This document shows, piece after piece, positions 8,449 through 18,328 of a stretch of 64,000 bases of DNA. The stretch is from Methanomassiliicoccales archaeon (GTDB taxonomy: Archaea > Thermoplasmatota > Thermoplasmata > Methanomassiliicoccales > JAAEEP01), in assembly GCA_046540255.1 (NCBI GenBank), contig JBKHFJ010000001.1:146124-210123 (forward strand), in the 5' to 3' direction. The notes under the pieces were generated by a model. That model saw only the letters and a program-made list of their open reading frames with translations, did not search any database and was not told the origin of the DNA. Positions within the stretch are counted from its first letter, which is position 1. Each line of letters begins with the position of its first letter. The translations under genes and the position numbers were made by a program.

Positions 8449-9624
8449 CTATCGATCCACTCTTCGAAGGTATTCGAGCGCCCCCTCCAAGGCCTCCTCG
8501 CCCCGGTCCATCTCCTGGGCGCCACCGGAGGCGAAGGAGGGCTTCCCTCCTCCCCGGCCCCCAAGGGGAGAGAGTGACCGGCTCAGGACCTCCCTGCAGT
8601 CCACATCCAGGTCCTCACCTCTGGCCACGATCATCATCAACTTCTCCTCCCCACCGGTAAGCACGGCCATCGATCCCCACCGCTCGACGAACCGGTTGGC
8701 CGCGGAGATCAAGGTCCTCTTGTCCACCCCAGGGTAGTGTCCGTGGTAGACGTGTATCCCACCGATCTCCTCCGGGTCTAGCTCCCGGAGGACACGCCTC
8801 CCGTATCGTTCGAGGGCCTTCTTGGTCCTACGCAATTCCCCCCTCATATTCTCCAGTGCGCTCACCAGGTCCTCCGGATGGGCGCCCGCGGACGAGGAGG
8901 CCTGCAGCGCGATACTGGCCAGTTCCAGCCCCCTGTCGACCGCCTCCTCCCCCACCATGAAGTGTATCTCATAATCGCCGTTCCTGGCGGTGGTGAAACC
9001 GGTGATCAGGAGTCGTCCTATCTCCTTGGTGTCGGAGACATGGATGCCGGAGCAGGCGGCCTGGTCCAGGTCCCCGATGTCCACCACCCTGATCCTGTCG
9101 TCCGTCACCCTTTCAAGCTTCGCCCTGACACCCTCCAGTCCGGGGTCCGACCTGTCCAACCATGTGGCGGTGACCGGTAGGGAGGAGGAGATCATGCGGT
9201 TGACCTCGGCCTGGGCACGATGGAGCATCTCCCAGTCCACCTCCCCCTGCACCACCACCGAACTACTCCTCTCGGATATGACGATCTTGCATAGTTCCAC
9301 CTCTCCCCTCTCCTTCAGGGAGTGGAAGAGAAGGTGCTCGGCGGTATGCGCCCTCATCAGCCCGTACCGGTGGTCCCAGTCAAGCTCCCCCTGGACCCGG
9401 TCCCCCGGGGAGAGATGGTGGCCAGGGATCCGGTGCCAGATCCCCTCATCCTCCCTGACCTCGGCAACCTCGAGGCCCCCGATCCATCCCCTGTCGGGGT
9501 CCTGCCCTCCCCCGCCAGGGAAGAAGGCGGTACGGTCCAGGCTTACCCAGTCTCCCTCGACGGCGGCCACGCTTGCCTCGAAGGACTTCAGGTAGGGATC
9601 CTTTCTGTAGAGGGGAACGGTCAT
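8449..9624 (-). CDS. alaX: alanyl-tRNA editing protein AlaX, long form (editing domain plus DHHA1-like C-terminal domain)
   Basis: 391 aa. Carries FFPGGGGQ, the HTAEHLL zinc motif, CSGIHV, and a C-terminal GGRGGGKPSFASGG as in the AlaRS C-terminal domain. Confidence 0.8.
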   Translation of the reverse strand: MTVPLYRKDPYLKSFEASVAAVEGDWVSLDRTAFFPGGGGQDPDRGWIGGLEVAEVREDEGIWHRIPGHHLSPGDRVQGELDWDHRYGLMRAHTAEHLLFHSLKERGEVELCKIVISERSSSVVVQGEVDWEMLHRAQAEVNRMISSSLPVTATWLDRSDPGLEGVRAKLERVTDDRIRVVDIGDLDQAACSGIHVSDTKEIGRLLITGFTTARNGDYEIHFMVGEEAVDRGLELASIALQASSSAGAHPEDLVSALENMRGELRRTKKALERYGRRVLRELDPEEIGGIHVYHGHYPGVDKRTLISAANRFVERWGSMAVLTGGEEKLMMIVARGEDLDVDCREVLSRSLSPLGGRGGGKPSFASGGAQEMDRGEEALEGALEYLRRVDR

Positions 9625-9707
9625 GGGGTACTGGTATGTTCGGCCGCACGATAAATCTTCCTTGTCGGGGTTTCCAAAATCACATATACCCTATCGGCGA
9701 TTGAGCT

Positions 9708-10178
9708 GTGACCATCGGTGGAAAAATGGACGACATGGATCAACGCATCATCACCGAGCTCTGTACCTCTTCCAAGGGGTCCTACAGGCAGATCGCCAAG
9801 AGGCTGGGGGTTCACCCCACCACGCTCATCCAGAGGATCAAGAACCTGGAGGAGAGGGGGGTGGTACTGGGCTACCGGGCGCACGTGGACCACCTGAAGC
9901 TGGGGTACGAGTTCATGGCCATGGTCCACGTCTACGTGGACGGAGACCTGCTGGAGGTACAGAACGAGATGAAGGAGCTGCACAACGTGGTGGCGGTGTT
10001 CGACGTCACCGGCGAGTGCGACTCCATCGCCTGGGTGGCCTGTAAGAACCGGGAGGAGTTCAGTGGCATCATCAAGAAGATGCTCACCATCGAGGGGGTG
10101 AGCAAGACGAACACCTACGTCATCCTCAACGTCATCAAGGATCCCTACGAGTTCGTTCCCATGTTCGGGGAGGAATGA
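9708..10178 (+). CDS. Lrp/AsnC family transcriptional regulator
   Basis: GTG at 9708 or, more likely, ATG at 9726 (MDDMDQRIITEL...). Has an HTH (SYRQIAKRLGVHPTTLIQRIKNLEERGVV) followed by an RAM/ACT-like domain. Confidence 0.85.
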   Translation: MTIGGKMDDMDQRIITELCTSSKGSYRQIAKRLGVHPTTLIQRIKNLEERGVVLGYRAHVDHLKLGYEFMAMVHVYVDGDLLEVQNEMKELHNVVAVFDVTGECDSIAWVACKNREEFSGIIKKMLTIEGVSKTNTYVILNVIKDPYEFVPMFGEE

Positions 10179-10362
10179 GCGCACGTCCGTCATTTCCTCC
10201 ATGGAGGGGAGATCTGTACGGATAATTCCGGAAAAGCCGTCATAATTTCACCCTTCCCGCCCATCCGGATGTCTTCCCATCCCGGGTGGAGCAAAGCGTT
10301 TAATACCTCCCTTCCAATTATCACCGAATCGCCCTCCCTAGGGGTACCAGAGGTTCAAGGAA

Positions 10363-12222
10363 ATGATGAGAACGCACACATGCGGGGAGATCAGCGAGAA
10401 GGACATCGGAGAGGGTGTCACCCTCGCGGGTTGGGTGAGGTTCTCCCGTGACCACGGGGGGGTACTCTTCTTCGATCTCGCTGACGCGCACGGTTCCACC
10501 CAGGCCGTCCTGGATCCAGAATCTACCGACGAGACGCTCGACCTGGAGGTGCTGGAGCGGACCCTGAGCTCGGTGAGCAGGGAGTTCGTGGTCCAGATAT
10601 CCGGGGTTGTCAGGAATCGTGTGGAGGGTACCGAGGACCCCAGGAACCCTACGGGGCGGGTGGAGGTACTCATCGAGCGGGGCAGATTGCTGAACTCCTC
10701 CCGAGCCCTGCCGTTCGAGGTGGCCGAGCAGAAGGACTCCCTCCTCCCCGGGGAGGACCTGCGCCTCCGGTACCGCTACCTGGACCTGCGGAGGCCCAGG
10801 ATGCAGAGGAATCTCCGCTTCAGGCACCGGGTCATCTCCGCCCTGCGGAGGGCATTGGACGATCGCGACTTCTTGGAGGTGGAGACTCCCCTTCTCACCA
10901 GGAGCACCCCGGAGGGGGCGAGGGACTTCATCGTTCCCTCCCGGACAAGTCCGGGGAGCTTCTACGCGCTCCCCCAGTCGCCACAGCTGTACAAGCAGAT
11001 GCTCATGGTGGGGGGAGTGGACCGGTATTATCAGATGGCCCGCTGCTTCCGGGACGAGGACGCCAGGGCGGACAGGCAGCCCGAGTTCACCCAGATGGAC
11101 ATGGAGATGTCCTTCGTGGAGGAGGAGGACATCCAGTCCGTCATCGAGGAGGCACTCGCCCAGGTGTGGAGGGAGGTCTACGGAGAGGATCTGGACACAC
11201 CGTTCCCCCGCATACAGTACGATCGGGCCATAGCCAGGTACGGTTCGGACTCCCCGGACACGCGATTCGGCCTTGAGCTGAACGAGGTCACCGAGCTGGC
11301 CAAGGAGTCCGAATACGACATATTCCAGAGGATCGTCTCCAAGGGCGGGTGCGTGGTGTGCGTGAACCTCCGGTCCTCCCTGGTGAGCTCCCCCGCCGAG
11401 GGGGAGTCCAACATCGGTCGGAAGGAGATCGACCGGCTGATCGAGTGGGCCAAGTCCCAGGGCGTGGGAGGCCTAACCTGGATGAGGGTGACCGAGGAGG
11501 GCCTGAAGTCGAACATCGTCAAGTACTTCCCCCGGGATCTCCAGGACCGGCTGATCGATGCTATGGACGCCGATCCAGGGGACCTCCTGCTGTACCTGGC
11601 GGGGCCCAGGGACCGGACGTTCCAGGCGGGGGGCGCCCTCCGCCTGAAGCTGGCCGATGACCTGGGTCTGCTGGAGGGCAAGGGTCATCAGTTCGTCTGG
11701 GTGGTAGATTGCCCCCTGTTCGAGGTGGACCCCGTCTCCGGTGCTTTGGAACCGCTGCACCATCCCTTCGTCTACCCGGAGGGAGGAGAGCTGGACCTGG
11801 CCGATCCGGAGAGCATGCGTGGACTTTCCTACGACCTCTGCCTGGATGGGGTGGAGGTCGGCAGCGGGTCCATCAGGAACCACGACCCCGTGCTGCAGAA
11901 GCAGGTGCTGAAGGCCCTGGGGATGAGCGAGGACAGGATCGAGGAGGATTTCGGGTTCTTCCTTGAGGCCCTCTCCTACGGGACCCCTCCCCACGGCGGC
12001 ATAGCGCTGGGCATGGACCGCCTGATCGCGGTGCTGATGGGATGCCAGAGCATCCGGGAGGTGGTGGCCTTCCCCAAGAACAAGAGGTTCCAGTCGCCTG
12101 TGGACGGCTCCCCCACGCCGGTGGAGGAGTCCAAGCTCTCCGAGCTGCAGATCCTCTCCCTGGCCGACGAGGAGGTGCTGGAGGAGGATCTCATCGGGGA
12201 CGCGGAGGAATGGGAGTCATAA
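10363..12222 (+). CDS. aspS: aspartyl-tRNA synthetase, bacterial-type (long form with insertion domain)
   Basis: 619 aa. The N-terminus MMRTHTCGEISEKDIGEGVTLAGWV parallels bacterial AspRS. Class II motifs are present (FRDED, GGIALGMDRL), and the length implies a GAD-like insertion. Confidence 0.9.
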   Translation: MMRTHTCGEISEKDIGEGVTLAGWVRFSRDHGGVLFFDLADAHGSTQAVLDPESTDETLDLEVLERTLSSVSREFVVQISGVVRNRVEGTEDPRNPTGRVEVLIERGRLLNSSRALPFEVAEQKDSLLPGEDLRLRYRYLDLRRPRMQRNLRFRHRVISALRRALDDRDFLEVETPLLTRSTPEGARDFIVPSRTSPGSFYALPQSPQLYKQMLMVGGVDRYYQMARCFRDEDARADRQPEFTQMDMEMSFVEEEDIQSVIEEALAQVWREVYGEDLDTPFPRIQYDRAIARYGSDSPDTRFGLELNEVTELAKESEYDIFQRIVSKGGCVVCVNLRSSLVSSPAEGESNIGRKEIDRLIEWAKSQGVGGLTWMRVTEEGLKSNIVKYFPRDLQDRLIDAMDADPGDLLLYLAGPRDRTFQAGGALRLKLADDLGLLEGKGHQFVWVVDCPLFEVDPVSGALEPLHHPFVYPEGGELDLADPESMRGLSYDLCLDGVEVGSGSIRNHDPVLQKQVLKALGMSEDRIEEDFGFFLEALSYGTPPHGGIALGMDRLIAVLMGCQSIREVVAFPKNKRFQSPVDGSPTPVEESKLSELQILSLADEEVLEEDLIGDAEEWES

Positions 12223-13551
12223 CCTCTTCTCCAGTTCCCTTCTCACCGTTTCCACCACCTCCTGGGAGGAGAATGATCCACCGCACTCCCTCATCACCCT
12301 CCCGATGAGGTGGTTCGCCGCCTTCTCGTTCCCCCTGAAGTCCTCCACTATCCCTGGGTTCCTCTCGATGAGGTCGTTGATCAGTTCCACCAGGCCGGGT
12401 TCACTTCCCCCCTCGCCCCGTTCCTCACTCCGCAGAAGGGCCTGGATCTGCCTCTCCGCCTCGGTGTCGGTGATCTCCCCGTCCAGGGCCTTGATCACCA
12501 GAAGCTCCAGCCGATCCAGGTCCTCCAGCCCGTCCAGCTCCTCCTTCAGGGAGGAGAGCGGGCCGGTCACCCACGGTATGACCTCCTTGGGCGTCCTCTT
12601 CTCCATCAGCGATTCCATCAGATCGGTGAGCTTCCAGGAGGTCAAGGCCACCTGCCTGACCATGCTGTAGGGGACGGAGTACTGGTCGGCCATTCGGCGG
12701 GAGCGCTGCAGGGGAGTCTCCCGAAGGGTGAGCGACTCGGCCATCGCCCGTATGTGGAATATGCCCAGGTCCGGCTCCCCGATGTAGCCGTAGTCCTCTT
12801 CCATCTCCTTCTTGCGGGCGGAGAGCGTCACCTTCCGGTCCTCGTCGAACCTCCTGGTCTCCCTGACCACCCTCTTCCCCGCCTTCAACAGCTTCCTCTG
12901 CCTCAGGGCCTCGAACTTGAGACCCCTTTCCAGGTTCCTCAGGCCCATGATGTTCTTGACCTCCACCCTCTCCTTCCCCACCGAGATGTTGGCGTCCACC
13001 CTCACCGTCTGCTCGTCACCCGCCGTGAGGCCCACCAGGTGGCGGAGCTCGATGAGCAGATCGGTCAGGAACGCCCTGGCCTGTGCGGGCGATTTCAGAT
13101 CCGGCTCGGTGACTATCTCCACCAGGGGTATGCCCGATCGGTTGTGATCGACCAACGATACCTCCTCACCGGCCTTCCCCACCCGCCTGACCTTGGCCGG
13201 GTCCTCCTCCAGGTGCACCCTGGTGATCCTGACCCCTCCCTCCTGGAATTCGAACCTCCCCCTCTCCCCGATCGGGGAGTCGTACTGGGTGATCTGGAAG
13301 TTCTTGGGCAGGTCCGGGTAGAAATAGGTCTTCCTGGAGAACCAGGTGATCTCGGGGACCTCGCAGTCCAGGAACCTGGCGATGCACAGCCCCTTCCTCA
13401 AGGCCTCCCGGTTGACCCTGGGCCGGGATCCAGGGAAGCCCAGGCAGGTGGGACAGACCGAGGTGTTCGGACCCTCTCCCGTGGTGGGACAAGGGCAGAA
13501 CATCTTGGACCTGGTGGGCAGTTGAAGGTGGATCTCCAGACCGATCTTCAC
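12217..13551 (-). CDS. gatB: aspartyl/glutamyl-tRNA amidotransferase subunit B
   Basis: 444 aa with N-terminus MKIGLEIHLQL...KMFCPC...CPTCLGFPG typical of GatB. Overlaps gatA by 4 nt. Confidence 0.9.
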   Translation of the reverse strand: MKIGLEIHLQLPTRSKMFCPCPTTGEGPNTSVCPTCLGFPGSRPRVNREALRKGLCIARFLDCEVPEITWFSRKTYFYPDLPKNFQITQYDSPIGERGRFEFQEGGVRITRVHLEEDPAKVRRVGKAGEEVSLVDHNRSGIPLVEIVTEPDLKSPAQARAFLTDLLIELRHLVGLTAGDEQTVRVDANISVGKERVEVKNIMGLRNLERGLKFEALRQRKLLKAGKRVVRETRRFDEDRKVTLSARKKEMEEDYGYIGEPDLGIFHIRAMAESLTLRETPLQRSRRMADQYSVPYSMVRQVALTSWKLTDLMESLMEKRTPKEVIPWVTGPLSSLKEELDGLEDLDRLELLVIKALDGEITDTEAERQIQALLRSEERGEGGSEPGLVELINDLIERNPGIVEDFRGNEKAANHLIGRVMRECGGSFSSQEVVETVRRELEKRL

Positions 13552-14867
13552 AGGCTCACCTCCGGAGTGCGGTAGGTGAAGGACTCCTCCCAGCGCAGCA
13601 TGGCGTCCACCAAGGAGGACTCATGCCACCTGGGCGCCACCATATGGATGCCCACCGGCATGCCATCCAGGTAGTCGCTGGGGAGGGATACGTGGGGCAG
13701 CCCGGTAAGGTTGGCCGGCACGGTGAGGCAGTCCGCTTTGTACATATCCAGGGGCCTCATCTCCTCCACCTCGTCGAACCTGGGGGCCACCATGGGCATG
13801 GTGGGCGTCAGCACCAGGTCATGGTCCCTGAACACCCGGGCGTAGTCGTCCTGGACCACCTGCCTCACCTGCAGGGCCTTCATGTAGTACCGGTCGCGGA
13901 AGCCCACCATCCTGGAGAAGGTCCCCAACAGCACCCTCCTCTTGGCCTCCTTGCCCAGGTGGGCCGACCTGACCTGGGAGAAGTAATCGTTGTAGTGCTG
14001 GCTGATGTCATCGCCTTGGACCCCGTACCTCATGCCGCAGTACCTGGCCAGATTGGTGGACACCTCGCAGGAGGCCAGCAGGTAGTAGGCCGGCAGGGAG
14101 AATCTCAGGGAAGGCATCTCCACCCAATGGACCTCCATGCCCAGGGACCTCAGGCGGTCCACTGAGCCCTGGAAGGAGTCCAGGACCTCTTCGTCCAGCC
14201 CCTCCATGGCGTTCCTGGGAACGGCCAGCTTACCCACCTCACCCCCCTGCAGTCCGGGCTGCACCTGGGAGGTGGGGTCCTCTTCGTCCGGGCCGGAGAT
14301 GACTGGTAGGTACTCGGCGATCTGTGCCCCGGACCGGGAGAGCAGCCCGATCTTGTCCAGGGAGTTGGCGTAGTCCACCAGGCCGTGGCGGGAAACCCGG
14401 CCGTAGGTGGGGGTGAGACCCACCACGCCGCAGTAGGCGGCCGGGCAGGAGATCGAACCACCGGTGGACTCCCCCAGGGCCAGATGACCGTCCAGCAGGG
14501 CGGCGGCGGCCGCGGAGCCCCCGGAGGAGCCACCGCAGGAGCGCTCCGGGTCGAAGGGGTTCCTGGGAACACCGTAGGCCGAGTTGGTGTTGAAGGATCC
14601 GAAGCCGAACTCGTCCATGTTGGCCTTGCCCAGCAGCAGTCCTCCCACCTCCCTGAGCCTGCGAACGGCGGTGGCGTCGAAGGGAGGTCTGTAACCGTTC
14701 AGTATGGATGATCCGGCCCTGGTCTGAATGTCCCTGGTGCACAGGTTGTCCTTGGCCGAGAAGAGGAAGGTGGCCTCCTTCACGGATCCCTCGGTCAACC
14801 CCGGGTTCAGCTCGGCGAATATCCCGTATTCCCGGTCGATCCCCCTCAGCCTCTCCAGGTAGCTCAA
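13548..14867 (-). CDS. gatA: aspartyl/glutamyl-tRNA amidotransferase subunit A
   Basis: 439 aa with the amidase signature GGSSGGSAAAAA and KANMDEFGFG. Confidence 0.9.
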   Translation of the reverse strand: MSYLERLRGIDREYGIFAELNPGLTEGSVKEATFLFSAKDNLCTRDIQTRAGSSILNGYRPPFDATAVRRLREVGGLLLGKANMDEFGFGSFNTNSAYGVPRNPFDPERSCGGSSGGSAAAAALLDGHLALGESTGGSISCPAAYCGVVGLTPTYGRVSRHGLVDYANSLDKIGLLSRSGAQIAEYLPVISGPDEEDPTSQVQPGLQGGEVGKLAVPRNAMEGLDEEVLDSFQGSVDRLRSLGMEVHWVEMPSLRFSLPAYYLLASCEVSTNLARYCGMRYGVQGDDISQHYNDYFSQVRSAHLGKEAKRRVLLGTFSRMVGFRDRYYMKALQVRQVVQDDYARVFRDHDLVLTPTMPMVAPRFDEVEEMRPLDMYKADCLTVPANLTGLPHVSLPSDYLDGMPVGIHMVAPRWHESSLVDAMLRWEESFTYRTPEVSL

Positions 14868-15133
14868 GACAGTCTAGGCCCCCTGACCCACTCCTGGTAT
14901 GTGTCCATAAGCTCCCTTAGGTGGGAGGGATCGATATCCTGGTGGGGTTCGTCCTCCCTGGTGACGTCCTCCACCAGTATCGGGTTGAAGCCCCACTTCT
15001 CGTGGGAGGGCGCCCCGTTCAGGATGGAGAAGTAATCCAAGATCTCCTCCAGGTCCCCCGCGAACTCCTCGATCTCCTCCTCAGTGAGATCCAGCCTTGC
15101 CTGTCTCGCCACCTCTTTCAGGGTCTCTTTCAT
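14864..15133 (-). CDS. gatC: aspartyl/glutamyl-tRNA amidotransferase subunit C
   Basis: 89 aa, acidic, with ARLDLTEEEIEEF typical of GatC. First gene of gatCAB, overlapping gatA by 4 nt. Confidence 0.85.
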   Translation of the reverse strand: MKETLKEVARQARLDLTEEEIEEFAGDLEEILDYFSILNGAPSHEKWGFNPILVEDVTREDEPHQDIDPSHLRELMDTYQEWVRGPRLS

Positions 15134-15260
15134 GATCCACCTCCGGGCTCGCTGGCTGATTATCCCTCGGCCGTATTTTAACTATTCGCCCCTGACCGCA
15201 CCCAGTGTCCAGAGGGAAATATTTATTGCTTAGACCGGGCTTACCGCGATTGGTGCTCCG

Positions 15261-15749
15261 ATGGAAGCCGAAAAGTTGGTGAGCCAGGGATTCCAGTTGC
15301 TGACCGAGGGGGAATACAAGAAGGCCCTGTCCAAGTTCGACAAGGCCGTCAAGGAGGACCCCGAGAACCCCGAGGCCCATTACGGGAGGGCCGAGGCGGG
15401 GATGCTCTTCCCCAAGGTATCCTCCGAGGACATCCACTCGGCGTTCAACAAGGCCATCGAGCTGGATCCCCGGAACGCCTTCTACCTTGCCTCATACGGG
15501 GCATTCTGCATCGAGGAGGGCAGGTTCAACGACGCGGAGAAGGCCTACAACCAGGCGGCCGAGATGGACCCGGACAACGCTCCCAACTACTACTCCGAGT
15601 TCGCTGTGGAGTACTACAGAAGGGCCCCGGAGATCCACGAGAACCTCATGGACGAGGAGGGCATGAAGGTCATACGCAGGAAGGCCCTCCAGTACCTACT
15701 GAAGGCGGTGGGCATGGACATGGATCAGGCCAAGGAGATCCTCTGCTGA
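15261..15749 (+). CDS. TPR repeat protein
   Basis: 162 aa with repeated 34-aa-like units (A..Y..A...dP.n..a.y). Confidence 0.7.
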   Translation: MEAEKLVSQGFQLLTEGEYKKALSKFDKAVKEDPENPEAHYGRAEAGMLFPKVSSEDIHSAFNKAIELDPRNAFYLASYGAFCIEEGRFNDAEKAYNQAAEMDPDNAPNYYSEFAVEYYRRAPEIHENLMDEEGMKVIRRKALQYLLKAVGMDMDQAKEILC

Positions 15750-15750
15750 G

Positions 15751-15966
15751 TCAGCTGAGCGCGGGCCGGTCCTCCCGCCCCGCCCCGTCGGCGCAGCGGG
15801 TGCACAGCCCCGTTCTGGCGTCGAAGTGGCGGGCGCACACCAGCCTCCCGCACATCCTGCAGGTATACCTGGCCGGCCTCCCGCACTCGCTGCATACCCC
15901 CAGCTTCTCCATTCTCTCCATGACATCTCTGGGACCGGAAGGATAAAAACCTTCTCCCAGAAGCAA
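15751..15966 (-). CDS. small zinc-ribbon / Cys-rich protein (start uncertain; ATGs at 15921 and 15912)
   Basis: CSECG..x..CRMCG...C..H......CTRC gives 8 Cys/His ligand candidates in about 40 aa. Overlapping longer ORFs on the same strand look like GC shadows. Confidence 0.45.
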   Translation of the reverse strand: MLLGEGFYPSGPRDVMERMEKLGVCSECGRPARYTCRMCGRLVCARHFDARTGLCTRCADGAGREDRPALS

Positions 15967-16007
15967 TAATATAATCCCCCCTCTGATACCTTTCTGGAGG
16001 AAGGGAA

Positions 16008-16487
16008 TTGGATATTGGAGATCTCCCAGTCGTCGAGGTGATGGACAGGGAGGTGAACCTGATCGATGGCGACCGTCCCATCGACGAGGCGCTCAGGCAC
16101 TGCTCCGAGCACGAATCCGCCGACGTCATCGTGGTGGACCAGGAGGAACGGTACCTGGGCCTGATCACCCACATCGAGATCCTGGGTTACATCAGCCCGT
16201 TCATGGGCATCCACACCGGCAGGAAGACGATGGGTCCCTCCCTGATGGTCCATCGCTGTCCCCGTATGAGGGACCTCATGAACCCCGGCCACAGGACGGT
16301 GGGCAAGGACACCCCCCTCTCCGAGGCCCTCCTGCACATGAGAAAGGACCACCATCGTTACCTGGTGGTCCTGGACGAGGAGGGCAGGGTGCTGGGAAAG
16401 GTGGACCTGCGGGACATCATCACCCTTCTCCTGAAGGAGGGGGCCCTGCAGGGTGACACCTGTGAGCTCAACCCAGACGGCCCTTGA
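16008..16487 (+). CDS. CBS domain pair protein
   Basis: 159 aa with TTG start and two CBS-like units (VMDREVNLID...VVVDQEERYLGLIT; LMNPGHRTVG...LVVLDEEGRVLGKVDLRDI). Confidence 0.75.
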   Translation: MDIGDLPVVEVMDREVNLIDGDRPIDEALRHCSEHESADVIVVDQEERYLGLITHIEILGYISPFMGIHTGRKTMGPSLMVHRCPRMRDLMNPGHRTVGKDTPLSEALLHMRKDHHRYLVVLDEEGRVLGKVDLRDIITLLLKEGALQGDTCELNPDGP

Positions 16488-17604
16488 GCAGGGTGGGGGT
16501 GACCAGGATGCTCACCAGGACCACCACGGTGACCGCGGTGAACAGCTTGTCCCCTATCACCCCCTGGATCAGGGCGATGTTGGCTATGATCAGGGCCACC
16601 TCCCCCCTGGGCACCAGACCGATGCCCACGGTGAGGGCGTCCTCTCTCCCCAGGGGCCGCAGGGCTCCCAGGTAGCCGCCCAGCACCTTTCCCAGTATGG
16701 CCAAGACCACCGTCACTGGCACCAGCAGGGAGGTCAGATGGTCCACGGAGAGATGCAGGAGTAGGCCGACCGAGGCGAAGAAGAAGGTGGCCATGAAGCC
16801 GAAGGCGAAATCGCTCAGGCTCTCGAACAGATGGATGTTCTTCCTTATCGGGGGCCCGATGATCAGGCCGGCCACGAAGGCCCCTATGGCGTAGTGCAGC
16901 CCGCTGAGGTGGGTGACCGTGGCCAGGATGAGGCCGATGAGGATGGCCACCGCGTAGGACATCTCGTGGGTACTCGCCCTCCTTGCCCGGTCGTAGAGGG
17001 AGGCCACCGGCCCCCTCCCCACGGTCACCAGCAGGATCAGGATGACCGCCCCAGCTAGCATGGGTAGGAAGGTCTCCAGTACCCCCTGCCCCCCGGCCAG
17101 GGCGAAGGAGGAGAGCAGGGCCAGAAGCACGATGCCGATGACATCATCGAATATGGCCGCCTCCACGATGGTGGAACCTATCCTCCCCTTCAAACTCTTC
17201 AGGTCCAGGAGGGTGCGCACCGAGATCCCTATCGAGGTGACCGAGAGCACCGTGCCCAGGAAGACGCTCTCCGTCCAATCGAGGTGGAAGGCGAGGCCGA
17301 CCAGTAGGCCGAGCCCGAAGGGGACAACCACTCCTCCTATGGCGGCGGAGGCGGAGGACCTCCTGGAGCGTGCCAGGCTGTCCAGGTTCATCTCCGCCCC
17401 GCTGATGAACAGCAGGGCGATGATGCCCAGGTCGGCGAACAGCCGTATGGTGCCGTTGAACTCCACCAGCCCCAGGAGGGAGGGGCCCAGGATCACCCCG
17501 GCCAGGATCTCCCCCACCATGGAGGGGTATCCCACTCGTTCGAACAGCTCACCAAGTCCCTTCGCCAGGATCAGAATGACGATGAGGGCGACAATGACCT
17601 CCAC
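16468..17604 (-). CDS. cation:proton antiporter (CPA2 / Kef-NapA type)
   Basis: 378 aa, polytopic. The N-terminus LAKGLGELFERVGYPSMVGEILAGVILGP is typical of Na+/H+ exchanger family proteins. Confidence 0.85.
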   Translation of the reverse strand: MEVIVALIVILILAKGLGELFERVGYPSMVGEILAGVILGPSLLGLVEFNGTIRLFADLGIIALLFISGAEMNLDSLARSRRSSASAAIGGVVVPFGLGLLVGLAFHLDWTESVFLGTVLSVTSIGISVRTLLDLKSLKGRIGSTIVEAAIFDDVIGIVLLALLSSFALAGGQGVLETFLPMLAGAVILILLVTVGRGPVASLYDRARRASTHEMSYAVAILIGLILATVTHLSGLHYAIGAFVAGLIIGPPIRKNIHLFESLSDFAFGFMATFFFASVGLLLHLSVDHLTSLLVPVTVVLAILGKVLGGYLGALRPLGREDALTVGIGLVPRGEVALIIANIALIQGVIGDKLFTAVTVVVLVSILVTPTLLKGRLG

Positions 17605-17646
17605 GGGAGTTCTATTGACGCTTATGGATAATAAAAGACTTCCCCA

Positions 17647-18315
17647 TCACAGCAGGCCCAGCCACTCCATCCCCTCGGTCACCCCTTCCCCGTTGGGCCT
17701 CGAGGTCACGTGGTCGGCCACCTCCTTGGCCGCCGGGCTGGCGTTGCCCACCGCTATGCCCCTTCCGCATCCCTGTATCATCTTGGCGTCGTTGTCGGAG
17801 TCCCCGAAGGCGGCCACCTCCTCCACACCGATGCCCAGCAGCTCGCAGGCCTTTCTCACCCCGCTGAACTTGCTGTGTCCGGGCTCCATAAGGTGGATGG
17901 CGAAGCCGGTGGTCTCCACCACCACCTCGCGCCCCCTCAGGGCCTCCCTCACCTCGTCCGGGTCGACGGTCAGCTTGAGGGCGACCTGGGTCTCCCTCCA
18001 CCGGTCGGTGAACAGCCTCTCTACCGGCATGATGGTCCTCAGGTACTCGTAGGCCTCGGTGGCGGCATGGTTGGAGTGGACGGTGTAGATCCTCTCCTCG
18101 TAGGAGACGAGGCCCCCGTTCTCCGCTATGATGGGGCCGTTCATCCCCACGAAGGTGGAGAGCCCGTAGGAGACCGGCAGGACGTTCCCGCTGGCCACCA
18201 TGGTGATCACCCCGTTGTCCTGGACCCTGCGCAGGCTCTCCATGGCCGAGACCTCCAGCCTGCGCCTGGGATCGGTAATGGTGCCGTCGATGTCCACCAC
18301 GATCGCCCTGATCAA
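17647..18315 (-). CDS. HAD-IIB phosphatase (archaeal phosphoglycolate phosphatase-like)
   Basis: 222 aa with HAD motif I VDIDGTIT, the motif IV region FGDSDNDAKM, and a cap-2 type layout. Confidence 0.75.
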   Translation of the reverse strand: MIRAIVVDIDGTITDPRRRLEVSAMESLRRVQDNGVITMVASGNVLPVSYGLSTFVGMNGPIIAENGGLVSYEERIYTVHSNHAATEAYEYLRTIMPVERLFTDRWRETQVALKLTVDPDEVREALRGREVVVETTGFAIHLMEPGHSKFSGVRKACELLGIGVEEVAAFGDSDNDAKMIQGCGRGIAVGNASPAAKEVADHVTSRPNGEGVTEGMEWLGLL

Positions 18316-18328
18316 CCGCTCACCCCTT

